From Oscillospiraceae bacterium (GTDB taxonomy: Bacteria; Bacillota; Clostridia; Oscillospirales; Oscillospiraceae): a DNA stretch of 64,000 nucleotides. The stretch is taken from positions 16,188 to 80,187 of the forward strand of contig JAGBEA010000048.1 of assembly GCA_017937195.1 (NCBI GenBank). Direction: 5' to 3'. Below the pieces are notes generated by a model. It worked only from the letters and a program-made list of their open reading frames with translations. It was not told the DNA's origin and did no database searches. The translations under genes were made by a program, and so were the position numbers. This document shows positions 8,791-16,447 of this stretch, piece by piece. How positions within the stretch are numbered: position 1 is the stretch's first letter; each line of letters opens with the position of its first letter.

Positions 8791-9512
8791 GCGCATTGAT
8801 GATGCCGCCCCAGCCCACGGGTACGGTGCGTGAGCAGCTTTTGCGCCAGTATTCCTATCTCTTCCAGATGGCGCAGCAGCTGAATCTGGCGCTGGAGCAG
8901 CTGGAGCAGGGGACGGCGCAGCCGCAGCAGGGAATTACCCGCACCGCCCAGCCGCAGGAGCAGCAGTACCGCACGCTGAAAAGTATGGTCATCCAAACGG
9001 CGCAGCAGGTGCGGCAGGAGATGGACCGCCTTGCCGCAAGGCTGGAGGGGGAGTATGTGGCGGTGTCCGACTTTGGCACCTATGTGGAGCGGCTGAACAA
9101 CTACATTGAGGCCAATCCCGACGCCATCACCCAGTACTACAGCTTCTCCTCGGCGCTGCAGGCGGATATCGATGCCGTCAGCGCCGATTTTGACGACTAC
9201 CGCGCCGATACGCAGGGCTATATCCGCACCGGTATCGTGTACTATGACGGCGCGGTGCCGGTGTACGGCGTGGCGGTGGGGCAGAATCTCACCGCCACCG
9301 AGGTGGACGGCGAGCCTATGGTGGACCAGAACAATTTCCGCGCCACCTTTACCGCGCGGAAGCTGTCGTTCTGGCAGGATACCACGGAGGTGGCCTATGT
9401 GTCCGACAATCAGCTGTACATCACCAATATCACCGTGCTGCAGCAGCTGACGGTGGGAAAATGGAAGCTCAGCGCCGAGAACGGGCTGGCATTCCGATGG
9501 ATCGGAGGGTGA
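8787..9512 (+). CDS. Minor virion structural protein
   Basis: N-terminal coiled coil and C-terminal FTARKLSFWQ...VAY.SDNQLYIT beta region seen in Firmicute phage baseplate proteins. Confidence 0.55.
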   Translation: MSALMMPPQPTGTVREQLLRQYSYLFQMAQQLNLALEQLEQGTAQPQQGITRTAQPQEQQYRTLKSMVIQTAQQVRQEMDRLAARLEGEYVAVSDFGTYVERLNNYIEANPDAITQYYSFSSALQADIDAVSADFDDYRADTQGYIRTGIVYYDGAVPVYGVAVGQNLTATEVDGEPMVDQNNFRATFTARKLSFWQDTTEVAYVSDNQLYITNITVLQQLTVGKWKLSAENGLAFRWIGG

Positions 9513-9515
9513 GAG

Positions 9516-11300
9516 ATGGCGACGACCTTACAACTGACGGTGCAGGCGGTGGAGAACTCCGCCAGCATCGACAACAACACCAGTCAGGTGCTCATCGAGC
9601 TGCAGATCACCACCAATCTTGGCACCTATAACGAAAGCGGCGACACCTCCGGCTCCATCACGCTGGACGGCGTGCCCATCGCGGATCTGGCGGCGAAAAA
9701 GGTGCATCTCAACACCACCACGCAGCTCTATCGCGGCATCCACACCGTACCCCACAGCGAGGACGGCACCAAGACGGTGACGGTAAAGGCGGCTTTCGAT
9801 GTGAATACCTCTGTGCGCTGGATCTATGCGGAAAAGGCGGTGGTGCTGCCCCGTATCCCCCGCGCCTCCACATTGAGCGTGCCGCAGCTGATGCTGGGCA
9901 GCGAGAGCGTGCTGCAGGTGACACGGGCGGTGGACAGCTTCACCCACACCCTGACCTATCGCCTCGGCGCGGCGCAGGGAACGGTGGCGCAGCATACGGC
10001 GGAAACGGCGCTGTGCTGGACGCCGCCGCTGGAGCTGGCGCAGCAGATCCCCAGCGATACCGCCGGCGCAGGCGTGCTGCAGCTGACCACCTATGATGCA
10101 GATGGCAGCGAGATTGGGGTGAAGGAATATCCCTTTACTGTCTATGTGCCGCAAAGCATTGTGCCGTCGGTGAGCCTGACTGTCGCACTGGAGAGCGACA
10201 GCGTGCCGCCTGAGTGGAACGCGGCGGTGAAGGGGAAGACGCGCCTGCGCTACTGCGTGGCAGCGCAGGGGCAGTACGGCGCGTCCATCCGCAGCAGTGC
10301 CTTTACCTTTGCCGGTCAATCCGGCAGCGAGAGCGAGGGCGTCACCGGCATCGTCACCCAAGCGGGCAGCTTCGTCCCCCGCGTCACGGTGACCGACAGC
10401 CGCGGACGCAGCGCCTCGGCAGCGCTGGAGGCAATCACGGTGTACGACTACGCCCTGCCGGTGATTTTGCAGGCGTCGGTCAGCCGCTGCGGCGCCGACG
10501 GCACGGGCAATGGCAGCGGCGAGCACGCGGCGGTGCTGTGTGAAGCCGTCTGCAGCGATATCGGCGGGCGCAACGCGGTGTCGGTGCGGATGCGCAGCCG
10601 CGCGGTGGGCGGCGCGTGGAGCGGCTACACCCCCCTCGTCAGCGGAGAGACGAGGGTGATAGGCGGCTTTTTGAAGACCGCGTCCTACGAGGTGGAGCTG
10701 TCGGCGGTGGACAGCTTGGGCGAGGAGAAGACGGTGCGCTGCAGCCTCTCCACCGAGGCGGCAGCCTTCCACTTGGGCGAGGGCGGCAACTGCGGTGCCT
10801 TCGGCAAATACGCAGAGCAGGAGAACACCCTTGAGTGCGTGTGGAACGCGGAGTTTCAGCAGGATGTGCGCGTGGGCGGTGCGCTGACGGTGGGCGGCAG
10901 GACGCTGCTGGACACGGTGTATCCCGTGGGCAGCATCTACCTTGCCTACCACCATATCTCCCCTGAAACGCTGTTTGGCGGTGTGTGGCAGCGCATCGGC
11001 GGCAGCTTTCTGTGGGCAGCGGAGGCGGAGGAGACCATCGGCGACACCGGCGGCGAGCGGCAGCACACACTGACGGTGGACGAGCTGCCCCGCCATCAGC
11101 ATATTGCGGTGCGGGGCTATGATGCCGATGTGCCCGACTATTTCGGCGGCTCGGAGGCAAAGTGGGGCATCACCGGCGGCGATTCCACCGCAGCGGCTGT
11201 CACCACGCACAGCGCCTCCACCGGTTTCACCGGCGGCAGCGCACCCCACAACAATATGCCGCCCTACATCAAGATTTCCGCGTGGCGGCGCACCGCATAA
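9516..11300 (+). CDS. Tail fibre/receptor-binding protein (DUF859-like N-terminal part plus baseplate-type C-terminal domain)
   Basis: IPRASTL motif and Ig-like beta repeats. C-terminal YPVGSIY...P..LFGG.W.RI and HNNMPPYI...WRRTA motifs. Confidence 0.7.
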   Translation: MATTLQLTVQAVENSASIDNNTSQVLIELQITTNLGTYNESGDTSGSITLDGVPIADLAAKKVHLNTTTQLYRGIHTVPHSEDGTKTVTVKAAFDVNTSVRWIYAEKAVVLPRIPRASTLSVPQLMLGSESVLQVTRAVDSFTHTLTYRLGAAQGTVAQHTAETALCWTPPLELAQQIPSDTAGAGVLQLTTYDADGSEIGVKEYPFTVYVPQSIVPSVSLTVALESDSVPPEWNAAVKGKTRLRYCVAAQGQYGASIRSSAFTFAGQSGSESEGVTGIVTQAGSFVPRVTVTDSRGRSASAALEAITVYDYALPVILQASVSRCGADGTGNGSGEHAAVLCEAVCSDIGGRNAVSVRMRSRAVGGAWSGYTPLVSGETRVIGGFLKTASYEVELSAVDSLGEEKTVRCSLSTEAAAFHLGEGGNCGAFGKYAEQENTLECVWNAEFQQDVRVGGALTVGGRTLLDTVYPVGSIYLAYHHISPETLFGGVWQRIGGSFLWAAEAEETIGDTGGERQHTLTVDELPRHQHIAVRGYDADVPDYFGGSEAKWGITGGDSTAAAVTTHSASTGFTGGSAPHNNMPPYIKISAWRRTA

Positions 11301-11315
11301 GGAAAGGAGAAGGAA

Positions 11316-12437
11316 ATGGCAAAGAATTATCCCACCGTGGGCTACGGCTCCTACGGTGACCCCGTGCGCCAGCTGCAGCAGGCGCTCAATCAGGTTGGCT
11401 ACTCGCTGGAGGTGGACGGCGGCTTCGGCAAGGAGACGGAGGCAGCCGTCATCGACTATCAGAAGAAGAACGGTCTGGTGGTGGACGGCGTGGCAGGCAG
11501 CGAAACTATGGGCAGCCTCTTGGGTCAAATCATGGGCGGCGCAGCATCCGGCGGCGCATCCACCAGCAAGCAGGTGCTCTCCGGCGTATCCGATGAAACG
11601 GCAGACAAGCTGGCGCAGCTGGAAAAGGGCTACACCGCCTCGGATGAGGTGCTGGCAGCGGGCAAGGAGTACGAGAGCCTGCAGGCGCTGCAGCCCAAGG
11701 CGTATGCATCCTCCTTCGCCCAGCAGCTTGCGGCGCTGTACGAGGAGATTGCCGGACGCCCCGGCTTCCACTATGACCCTCAGAAGGACAGCGCCTATCA
11801 GCAGTATGCCGCCATCTATGCCCGTCAGGGCAAGGCAGCCATGGAGGATACACTGGGCAAGGCGGCGGCGCTGACCGGCGGCTACGATTCCAGCTATGCC
11901 CAAGGCGCGGCGCAGCAGGCATATCACCAGTATCTCCAGCAGCTGGGAGAGCTGCTGCCCCAGCTGGAGCAGAGCGCCCGCGAGCGCTATGACGCGCAGG
12001 GCAAGGCGCTGCTGAGTCAGTACGAGCTGCTGCAGCAGCGTGAGGACGCGGAGTACGAGCTGTGGCAGCAGGAGCAGAAGCTGTGGCAGGACAGCTCCGA
12101 GCAGGCGCGGGAGGCGTATGAGGCGCTGCGCAAGCAGGATTATGACGCCTATGAGCTGCTGCTCAAGTACTATGCCGACAAGGCGCAGGCGGAGCAGAAG
12201 GCATCGGACGGGCAGCGCGTCAACAGCGGCAAGGTCAGCGATAAGGCGGCATCGCAGGAGTCCCTCAGCTCCACTGCGGCGGACAGCCTGCAGCGTGCGA
12301 TGAACAACTATCTCAAGGGCGGCGACGAGGTCAGCGCACTGGCGCTGGCGCAGCAGTACGCCGCGCGTATGACCCCTGAGCAGAAAAGGAAGTTCACCGC
12401 GCTTTTTGAGAAGTACGGCAAGACCGTCACGCTGTAA
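11316..12437 (+). CDS. Peptidoglycan-binding domain protein with helical C-terminal region (candidate ejection protein)
   Basis: N-terminal PG_binding_1 (GSYGDPVRQLQQALN..GY...VDG.FG.ET..AV..YQKKNGL.VDGVAG.ET). Gln/Ala/Tyr-rich helical remainder with no catalytic motif seen. Confidence 0.75.
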   Translation: MAKNYPTVGYGSYGDPVRQLQQALNQVGYSLEVDGGFGKETEAAVIDYQKKNGLVVDGVAGSETMGSLLGQIMGGAASGGASTSKQVLSGVSDETADKLAQLEKGYTASDEVLAAGKEYESLQALQPKAYASSFAQQLAALYEEIAGRPGFHYDPQKDSAYQQYAAIYARQGKAAMEDTLGKAAALTGGYDSSYAQGAAQQAYHQYLQQLGELLPQLEQSARERYDAQGKALLSQYELLQQREDAEYELWQQEQKLWQDSSEQAREAYEALRKQDYDAYELLLKYYADKAQAEQKASDGQRVNSGKVSDKAASQESLSSTAADSLQRAMNNYLKGGDEVSALALAQQYAARMTPEQKRKFTALFEKYGKTVTL

Positions 12438-12449
12438 CGCGGCAAAAGA

Positions 12450-12690
12450 CCCCCTCGAAGGGGGGATTCCACCGAAGCGCCGCCGGTGGCGGATGAAGCG
12501 AGGTGGAATCGAGGCAGCGCCCCGTTTGGCGGGTGCGAACAGCACACGCCAAACGGCTGGCGCAACGGTGGGAACACAAGCGCAGCTGACTGGGGGAGCG
12601 AACGGGGCGGTGTTTTTTCTCGCCCGCGGCGCCTTTTTGTGATAGTATGCAGCCAAATAAACGCCTCCCCTGTGCACAAGGGAGGCTTGG
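12450..12690. repeat. Palindrome-rich intergenic module
   Basis: Stems GATTCCACC/GGTGGAATC (12465-12510), CCGTTTGGCG/CGCCAAACGG (12522-12556) and CCTCCCCTGTGCACAAGGGAGG near 12664, related to the hairpin at 199-219. Confidence 0.6.
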
Positions 12691-12714
12691 GTCGGCGCTT
12701 CGGTCGGTAGGACG

Positions 12715-12958
12715 CAGCGGTTCTACATTTGTGAGCGGGAAGTGGCTGAACGAGGGAGATGCAGAGGCAATGCCACATTTAGCGGCTTACGGATTTGCCG
12801 CAATAGAGCAAAGGAAGTCAAGGAACCATCGGTTCCTTGCGGCGTTTTTGGTGACTTTTGTCGCTGGTGACAAAAGTTACCCGCCGGCGGCAAGACACGC
12901 CATCAACACAGCAGGGAGTGCGTGAGCGTCAGCGCCGAGGGCAAGCCATCGCTGCGCC
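12715..12958 (+). repeat. Structured dispersed repeat, copy 2
   Basis: Core hairpin at 12819-12839. Second hairpin GTGACTTTTGTC-gctggt-GACAAAAGTTAC. Shared 3' GCGTGAGCGTCAGCGC. Confidence 0.88.
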
Positions 12959-13031
12959 GTGAAACGCTCCCTCCGTCCGCTGTATTGCCCACCGCTACGC
13001 CAGCGCCCAACCAAAAAGTCCTCTCTTGCTA

Positions 13032-13061
13032 TTGACAAGAGGGGGCTTTCTTTTTCATAAT
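13032..13061 (+). promoter_or_regulatory. SigmaA-type promoter
   Basis: TTGACA-18 nt-CATAAT upstream of the transglutaminase-like gene. Confidence 0.55.
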
Positions 13062-13091
13062 GGAGAAAAACCGCGCAGGGGAGGCAGGACA

Positions 13092-14114
13092 ATGGCAGGC
13101 TACTACGGCAAGACGCTGACGGGACGGCAGCGGGAGGTCTACGCGCTGCTGCAGCAGGGCTTTGACGCCCTCGCGCCCTCCATCCGCATCCCCAAGCTGG
13201 CGGCGGAGGAGCTGGCGGAGGTCTATTTGCGCCTGAAGCTGGATGAGCCGCTGCTGTTCTTCGTCATCGGCTACAGCTACCGCTACTATCAGGGGGCGGA
13301 GCACGTGGAGCTTTTGCCCGAATATCTCTTCGACAAGGCGAAGGTGAAGGAACACCGCCAAGCCGTCGCCGCCCGCATCCAGCGCTTGGCGCGGGGGATG
13401 GAGGGTCTCTCGCCGCTGGAGAAGGAGCAGGCCATTCACGACTTCATTTTGCACAATGTCCGCTATGACAAGCTGAAAAAGCCCTACTCCCACGAAATCA
13501 TCGGCCCGCTGACCCAAGGCGTGGGCGTGTGCGAGGGCATCGCCAAAACGGTGAAGGTGCTGTGCGACGCGGTGGGTCTGCCCTGCGTCATCGCCCTGAG
13601 CCACGCCAACCCCGATAAGGGCATCCGCTACCGCCACGCATGGAACGTCATCACGCTGAACGGCAGGCACTATCATCTCGACGCCACCTTCGATAACTCG
13701 CTGCAGCGTGGGTGTGAGCGGTACGACTACTTCAATCTGGATGATAAGCACATCTTCCGCGACCACGAGGCGCTGGTGCTGCCGCTGCCTGCCTGCACCG
13801 ACGGCGACGGATTTTTCTACCGCAGCATCTCACTGACCAAGCTGGAGCAGGTGGAAAGCCGCGTGAAGCAGGCGCTGCGGAAAAAACAGCCCCAGCTGGT
13901 GTTCCACTGGCGCGGCGGCGGACTCAACCGCGCCGTTTTGCAAAGCATCACCGACCTTGCAGGCGGTCTTGCCGCCCAAAAGGGGCTTGCGGTGTGCTGC
14001 GCCGTCAACGTGCCCCAAGCGGTGCTGCAGCTGGATTTTGCCGCGGAAACGGCGGCGGATGTGACCGTGCAGCAGCCCGATGAGGCGCAGGATAATGCGT
14101 CTTTCACAATTTAG
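13092..14114 (+). CDS. Transglutaminase-like (Cys-His-Asp) domain protein
   Basis: GVCEGIAK...HAWNV...YHLDATFD catalytic triad motifs. ATG 13092 follows GGAGG. Confidence 0.85.
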   Translation: MAGYYGKTLTGRQREVYALLQQGFDALAPSIRIPKLAAEELAEVYLRLKLDEPLLFFVIGYSYRYYQGAEHVELLPEYLFDKAKVKEHRQAVAARIQRLARGMEGLSPLEKEQAIHDFILHNVRYDKLKKPYSHEIIGPLTQGVGVCEGIAKTVKVLCDAVGLPCVIALSHANPDKGIRYRHAWNVITLNGRHYHLDATFDNSLQRGCERYDYFNLDDKHIFRDHEALVLPLPACTDGDGFFYRSISLTKLEQVESRVKQALRKKQPQLVFHWRGGGLNRAVLQSITDLAGGLAAQKGLAVCCAVNVPQAVLQLDFAAETAADVTVQQPDEAQDNASFTI

Positions 14115-14150
14115 CACGAAAAAGAACGGCTATTTTGTGCAAAATGACGG

Positions 14151-14179
14151 TTGACAGTGGATGGGTTGAATGTTACCAT
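14151..14179 (+). promoter_or_regulatory. SigmaA promoter of the met transporter operon
   Basis: TTGACA (14151-14156), 17 nt, TACCAT (14174-14179), with an extended -10 TG. Confidence 0.75.
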
Positions 14180-14227
14180 ACTCACAAGCACCGAGTAGGT
14201 CAATTTCTCAGGAAAGGAGAAAGCGAC

Positions 14228-14323
14228 ATGAAGAAGAGCGTTACCATGATGGCTATGGAGATGCGCATGTGCAGCATGTGCATGTTTCGTCACGCTCACT
14301 TCCAACAGCTTTCCAACACCTGA
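14228..14323 (+). CDS. Met-rich leader peptide MKKSVTMMAMEMRMCSMCMFRHAHFQQLSNT
   Basis: SD AAAGGAG. 8 Met of 31 codons, 7 of them in codons 7-19, plus 2 Cys. Lies upstream of a terminator and metQ. Confidence 0.8.
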   Translation: MKKSVTMMAMEMRMCSMCMFRHAHFQQLSNT

Positions 14324-14363
14324 TTCAAGACCTGAACCCATCGGGATATGAACGAGTGAATAG

Positions 14364-14403
14364 CAGCGGAAAGTCGTTGGACTTCCCGCTGTTTTTTGTT
14401 TTT
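14364..14403 (+). terminator. Attenuator terminator
   Basis: CAGCGGAAAGTC-gttg-GACTTCCCGCTG followed by TTTTTTGTTTTT. Confidence 0.85.
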
Positions 14404-14412
14404 CAGGAGGTA

Positions 14413-14475
14413 ATGATGATGCGAATCCGGCTTACCAAGCGAATGTGTCTGCGGACACAGTATAAGGAAGATTGA
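14413..14475 (+). CDS. Second short uORF MMMRIRLTKRMCLRTQYKED
   Basis: Perfect SD AGGAGG at 14405-14410, three tandem ATGs, 4 Met and 1 Cys in 20 codons. Confidence 0.45.
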   Translation: MMMRIRLTKRMCLRTQYKED

Positions 14476-14547
14476 ACCGGTATAACGGAGCGCCGGCATA
14501 CAGCTTCGTGAAAAACAAATCATTCAAAATTAAAGGAGATAAAGATT

Positions 14548-15393
14548 ATGAAGAAGATCATCGCTCTGGCACTGGCACTGGTGCTGACTCTGGCTCTGGC
14601 CGCCTGCGGCGCAAAGAAGGACACCATCCAGATCGCTGTCCCCAATGACGCCACCAACGAAGCCCGCGCACTGCTGCTGCTGGAAGCCAACGGCATCATC
14701 AAGCTGAAGGACGGCGCCGGCATCACCGCCACCAAGAACGACATCGCCGAGAATCCCTACAACGTGGAGATCGTGGAGGCTGAGGCTGCGCAGCTGCCCA
14801 ACCTGCTCAAGGACGTGGACTACGCTGTCATCAATACCAACTACGCCATCAACGCAGGTCTGAACCCCGTGAAGGACGCTTTCGTGATGGAAGGCTCCGC
14901 CTCCGAGTATGTCAACATTCTGGTGTGCAAGGAAGGCAATGAGAACACCGATAAGGTGAAGGCCGTTGTGGCCGCCCTGCTGAGCAAGGAAGTTGCCAAC
15001 TACATCACCAACACCTACAACGGCTCCGTGGTCAGCGTTGCTGAGAATCCCACCGACGGCTTTGACGCCACCGTCAACTACGATGCTCTGAAGGGCACCA
15101 CCATCTCTGTGGCCTGCTCCCCCAGCCCCCACGCCGAGATCCTGGACATCGTCAAGGGCACTCTGGATCAGAAGGGCATCACCCTGGATATCCAGATCTA
15201 CAATGACTATGTGGTTCCCAACAACGTGGTGGAGGACGGCACCGTTGATTTGAACTACTTCCAGCACGTTCCTTACCTGAATGACTTCAACGCCCAGAAC
15301 GGTACCCATCTGGTGTCCGTGGCCGGCGTGCACGTGGAGCCCATGGGTCTCTACGGCGGTCAGCAGACCTCTCTGGATGCGCTGAAGGGCTAA
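14548..15393 (+). CDS. metQ: Methionine ABC transporter substrate-binding lipoprotein (circularly permuted)
   Basis: Lipobox LAACG. NlpA/MetQ motifs IAVPNDATNEARAL and SPSPHAEIL/NYFQHVPYL, in swapped order. Confidence 0.9.
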   Translation: MKKIIALALALVLTLALAACGAKKDTIQIAVPNDATNEARALLLLEANGIIKLKDGAGITATKNDIAENPYNVEIVEAEAAQLPNLLKDVDYAVINTNYAINAGLNPVKDAFVMEGSASEYVNILVCKEGNENTDKVKAVVAALLSKEVANYITNTYNGSVVSVAENPTDGFDATVNYDALKGTTISVACSPSPHAEILDIVKGTLDQKGITLDIQIYNDYVVPNNVVEDGTVDLNYFQHVPYLNDFNAQNGTHLVSVAGVHVEPMGLYGGQQTSLDALKG

Positions 15394-15442
15394 GCTGAAC
15401 GCGCAGTAATCAAGTAAGTAGAAACAGAAGAAGGGGAACAGC

Positions 15443-16447
15443 ATGATAGAGATCAAACACCTCAGCAAGACCTTTGATACGGCGGCGGGGCAGGTTGCCG
15501 CGCTGCAGGATGTATCGCTGAGCATCAACGACGGCGACATCTACGGTATCATCGGTATGAGCGGCGCCGGTAAGAGTACGCTGGTGCGCTGCATCAATAT
15601 GCTGGAGCGACCCACCGAGGGTCAGGTCATCGTAAACGGACAGAATCTGGGCACACTGACGCCTGCGCAGCTGCGTGCGGCACGCCGCGACATCACTATG
15701 ATCTTCCAGCAGTTCAATCTGCTGATGCAGCGTAACTGCCTGCAGAACGTGTGCTTCCCGATGGAGCTTGCCGGCGTGAAGAAGGCGGAAGCCCAGAAGC
15801 GCGCCATAGAGCTGCTGGAGCTGGTAGGTCTGCCCGATAAGGCCAAGGCGTACCCTGCACAGCTGTCCGGCGGACAGCAGCAGCGCGTGGCGATCGCCCG
15901 TGCGCTGGCCACCGACCCCAAGGTGCTGCTGTGCGATGAGGCTACCTCCGCGCTGGACCCCACTACCACCCATCAGATTTTGTCCCTCATTAAAGAGATC
16001 AACAAGAAGCTGGGCATCACGGTGGTGATCATCACCCACCAGATGAGCGTGGTCAAGGAGATCTGCTCCCACGTTGCCATCCTCGATGGCGGTGTGGTGG
16101 CGGAATCCGGACTGGTTTCCACCGTTTTCTCCGCACCCAAATCGGCTGCGGCGCGGCGCTTGGTGTTCCCCGGCGCGGTGGATGAGAAGATCTCCGACCC
16201 GCTGCAGGAGCAGCGCGTGCGCCTTGTGTTCCGCGACTCCAAGATCACCGGCGTGCCGCTGGTGGCGCGTCTGGCGTCGGAGCACGGCATTATGGCAAAC
16301 GTGATCTCCGCCAGCACGCAGGCCATCTCCGAGGAGGTCTACGGCAGTATGCTGCTGGGCATCCCCAAGGGTCAGCTGACGGAGGCAAGAGAGTTCCTCT
16401 CTGCCTTCCCCAACATCCAGTATGAGGAGGTGGGCGAGCATGTATAA
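15443..16447 (+). CDS. metN: Methionine ABC transporter ATP-binding protein
   Basis: GMSGAGKS, LSGGQQQRVAIARALA, LLCDEATSALDP, C-terminal NIL domain. Confidence 0.95.
   Translation: MIEIKHLSKTFDTAAGQVAALQDVSLSINDGDIYGIIGMSGAGKSTLVRCINMLERPTEGQVIVNGQNLGTLTPAQLRAARRDITMIFQQFNLLMQRNCLQNVCFPMELAGVKKAEAQKRAIELLELVGLPDKAKAYPAQLSGGQQQRVAIARALATDPKVLLCDEATSALDPTTTHQILSLIKEINKKLGITVVIITHQMSVVKEICSHVAILDGGVVAESGLVSTVFSAPKSAAARRLVFPGAVDEKISDPLQEQRVRLVFRDSKITGVPLVARLASEHGIMANVISASTQAISEEVYGSMLLGIPKGQLTEAREFLSAFPNIQYEEVGEHV

Larger units (their letters stand above)
425..12437 (+). mobile_element. Compact virion morphogenesis gene cluster (GTA-like element or prophage remnant)
   Basis: Thirteen contiguous co-oriented genes from TerS/TerL to the PG-binding protein. 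No integrase, replication or lysis genes seen. The left flank beyond the window is unknown. Confidence 0.8.

Noticed and set aside
9516-11300. Diversity-generating retroelement target in the fibre gene
   Set aside because: No template-repeat copy and no reverse transcriptase in the window.
9528-12677. Very long antisense ORFs (also 2421-4310, 35015-38707, 56851-59580 and many others)
   Set aside because: They lie opposite well-supported genes and have no family motifs. They are typical shadow frames of high-GC coding DNA.
12437-13091. attR site, integrase or lysis cassette at the right end of the virion cluster
   Set aside because: Only hairpin repeats and a host promoter are present. There is no tRNA, recombinase, holin-like or endolysin ORF.
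14135-14475. ORF-track calls 14135-14323 and 14170-14475 as full-length proteins
   Set aside because: Their upstream parts overlap the promoter or terminator and lack SDs. Only the SD-supported sub-ORFs from 14228 and 14413 were kept.
14180-14547. S-box (SAM-I) riboswitch or Met T-box upstream of metQ
   Set aside because: No ATC.AGAG...GAGGGA..GGCCC...GCAACC core and no GGTGG.ACC T-box motif found by eye. An Infernal scan would confirm.
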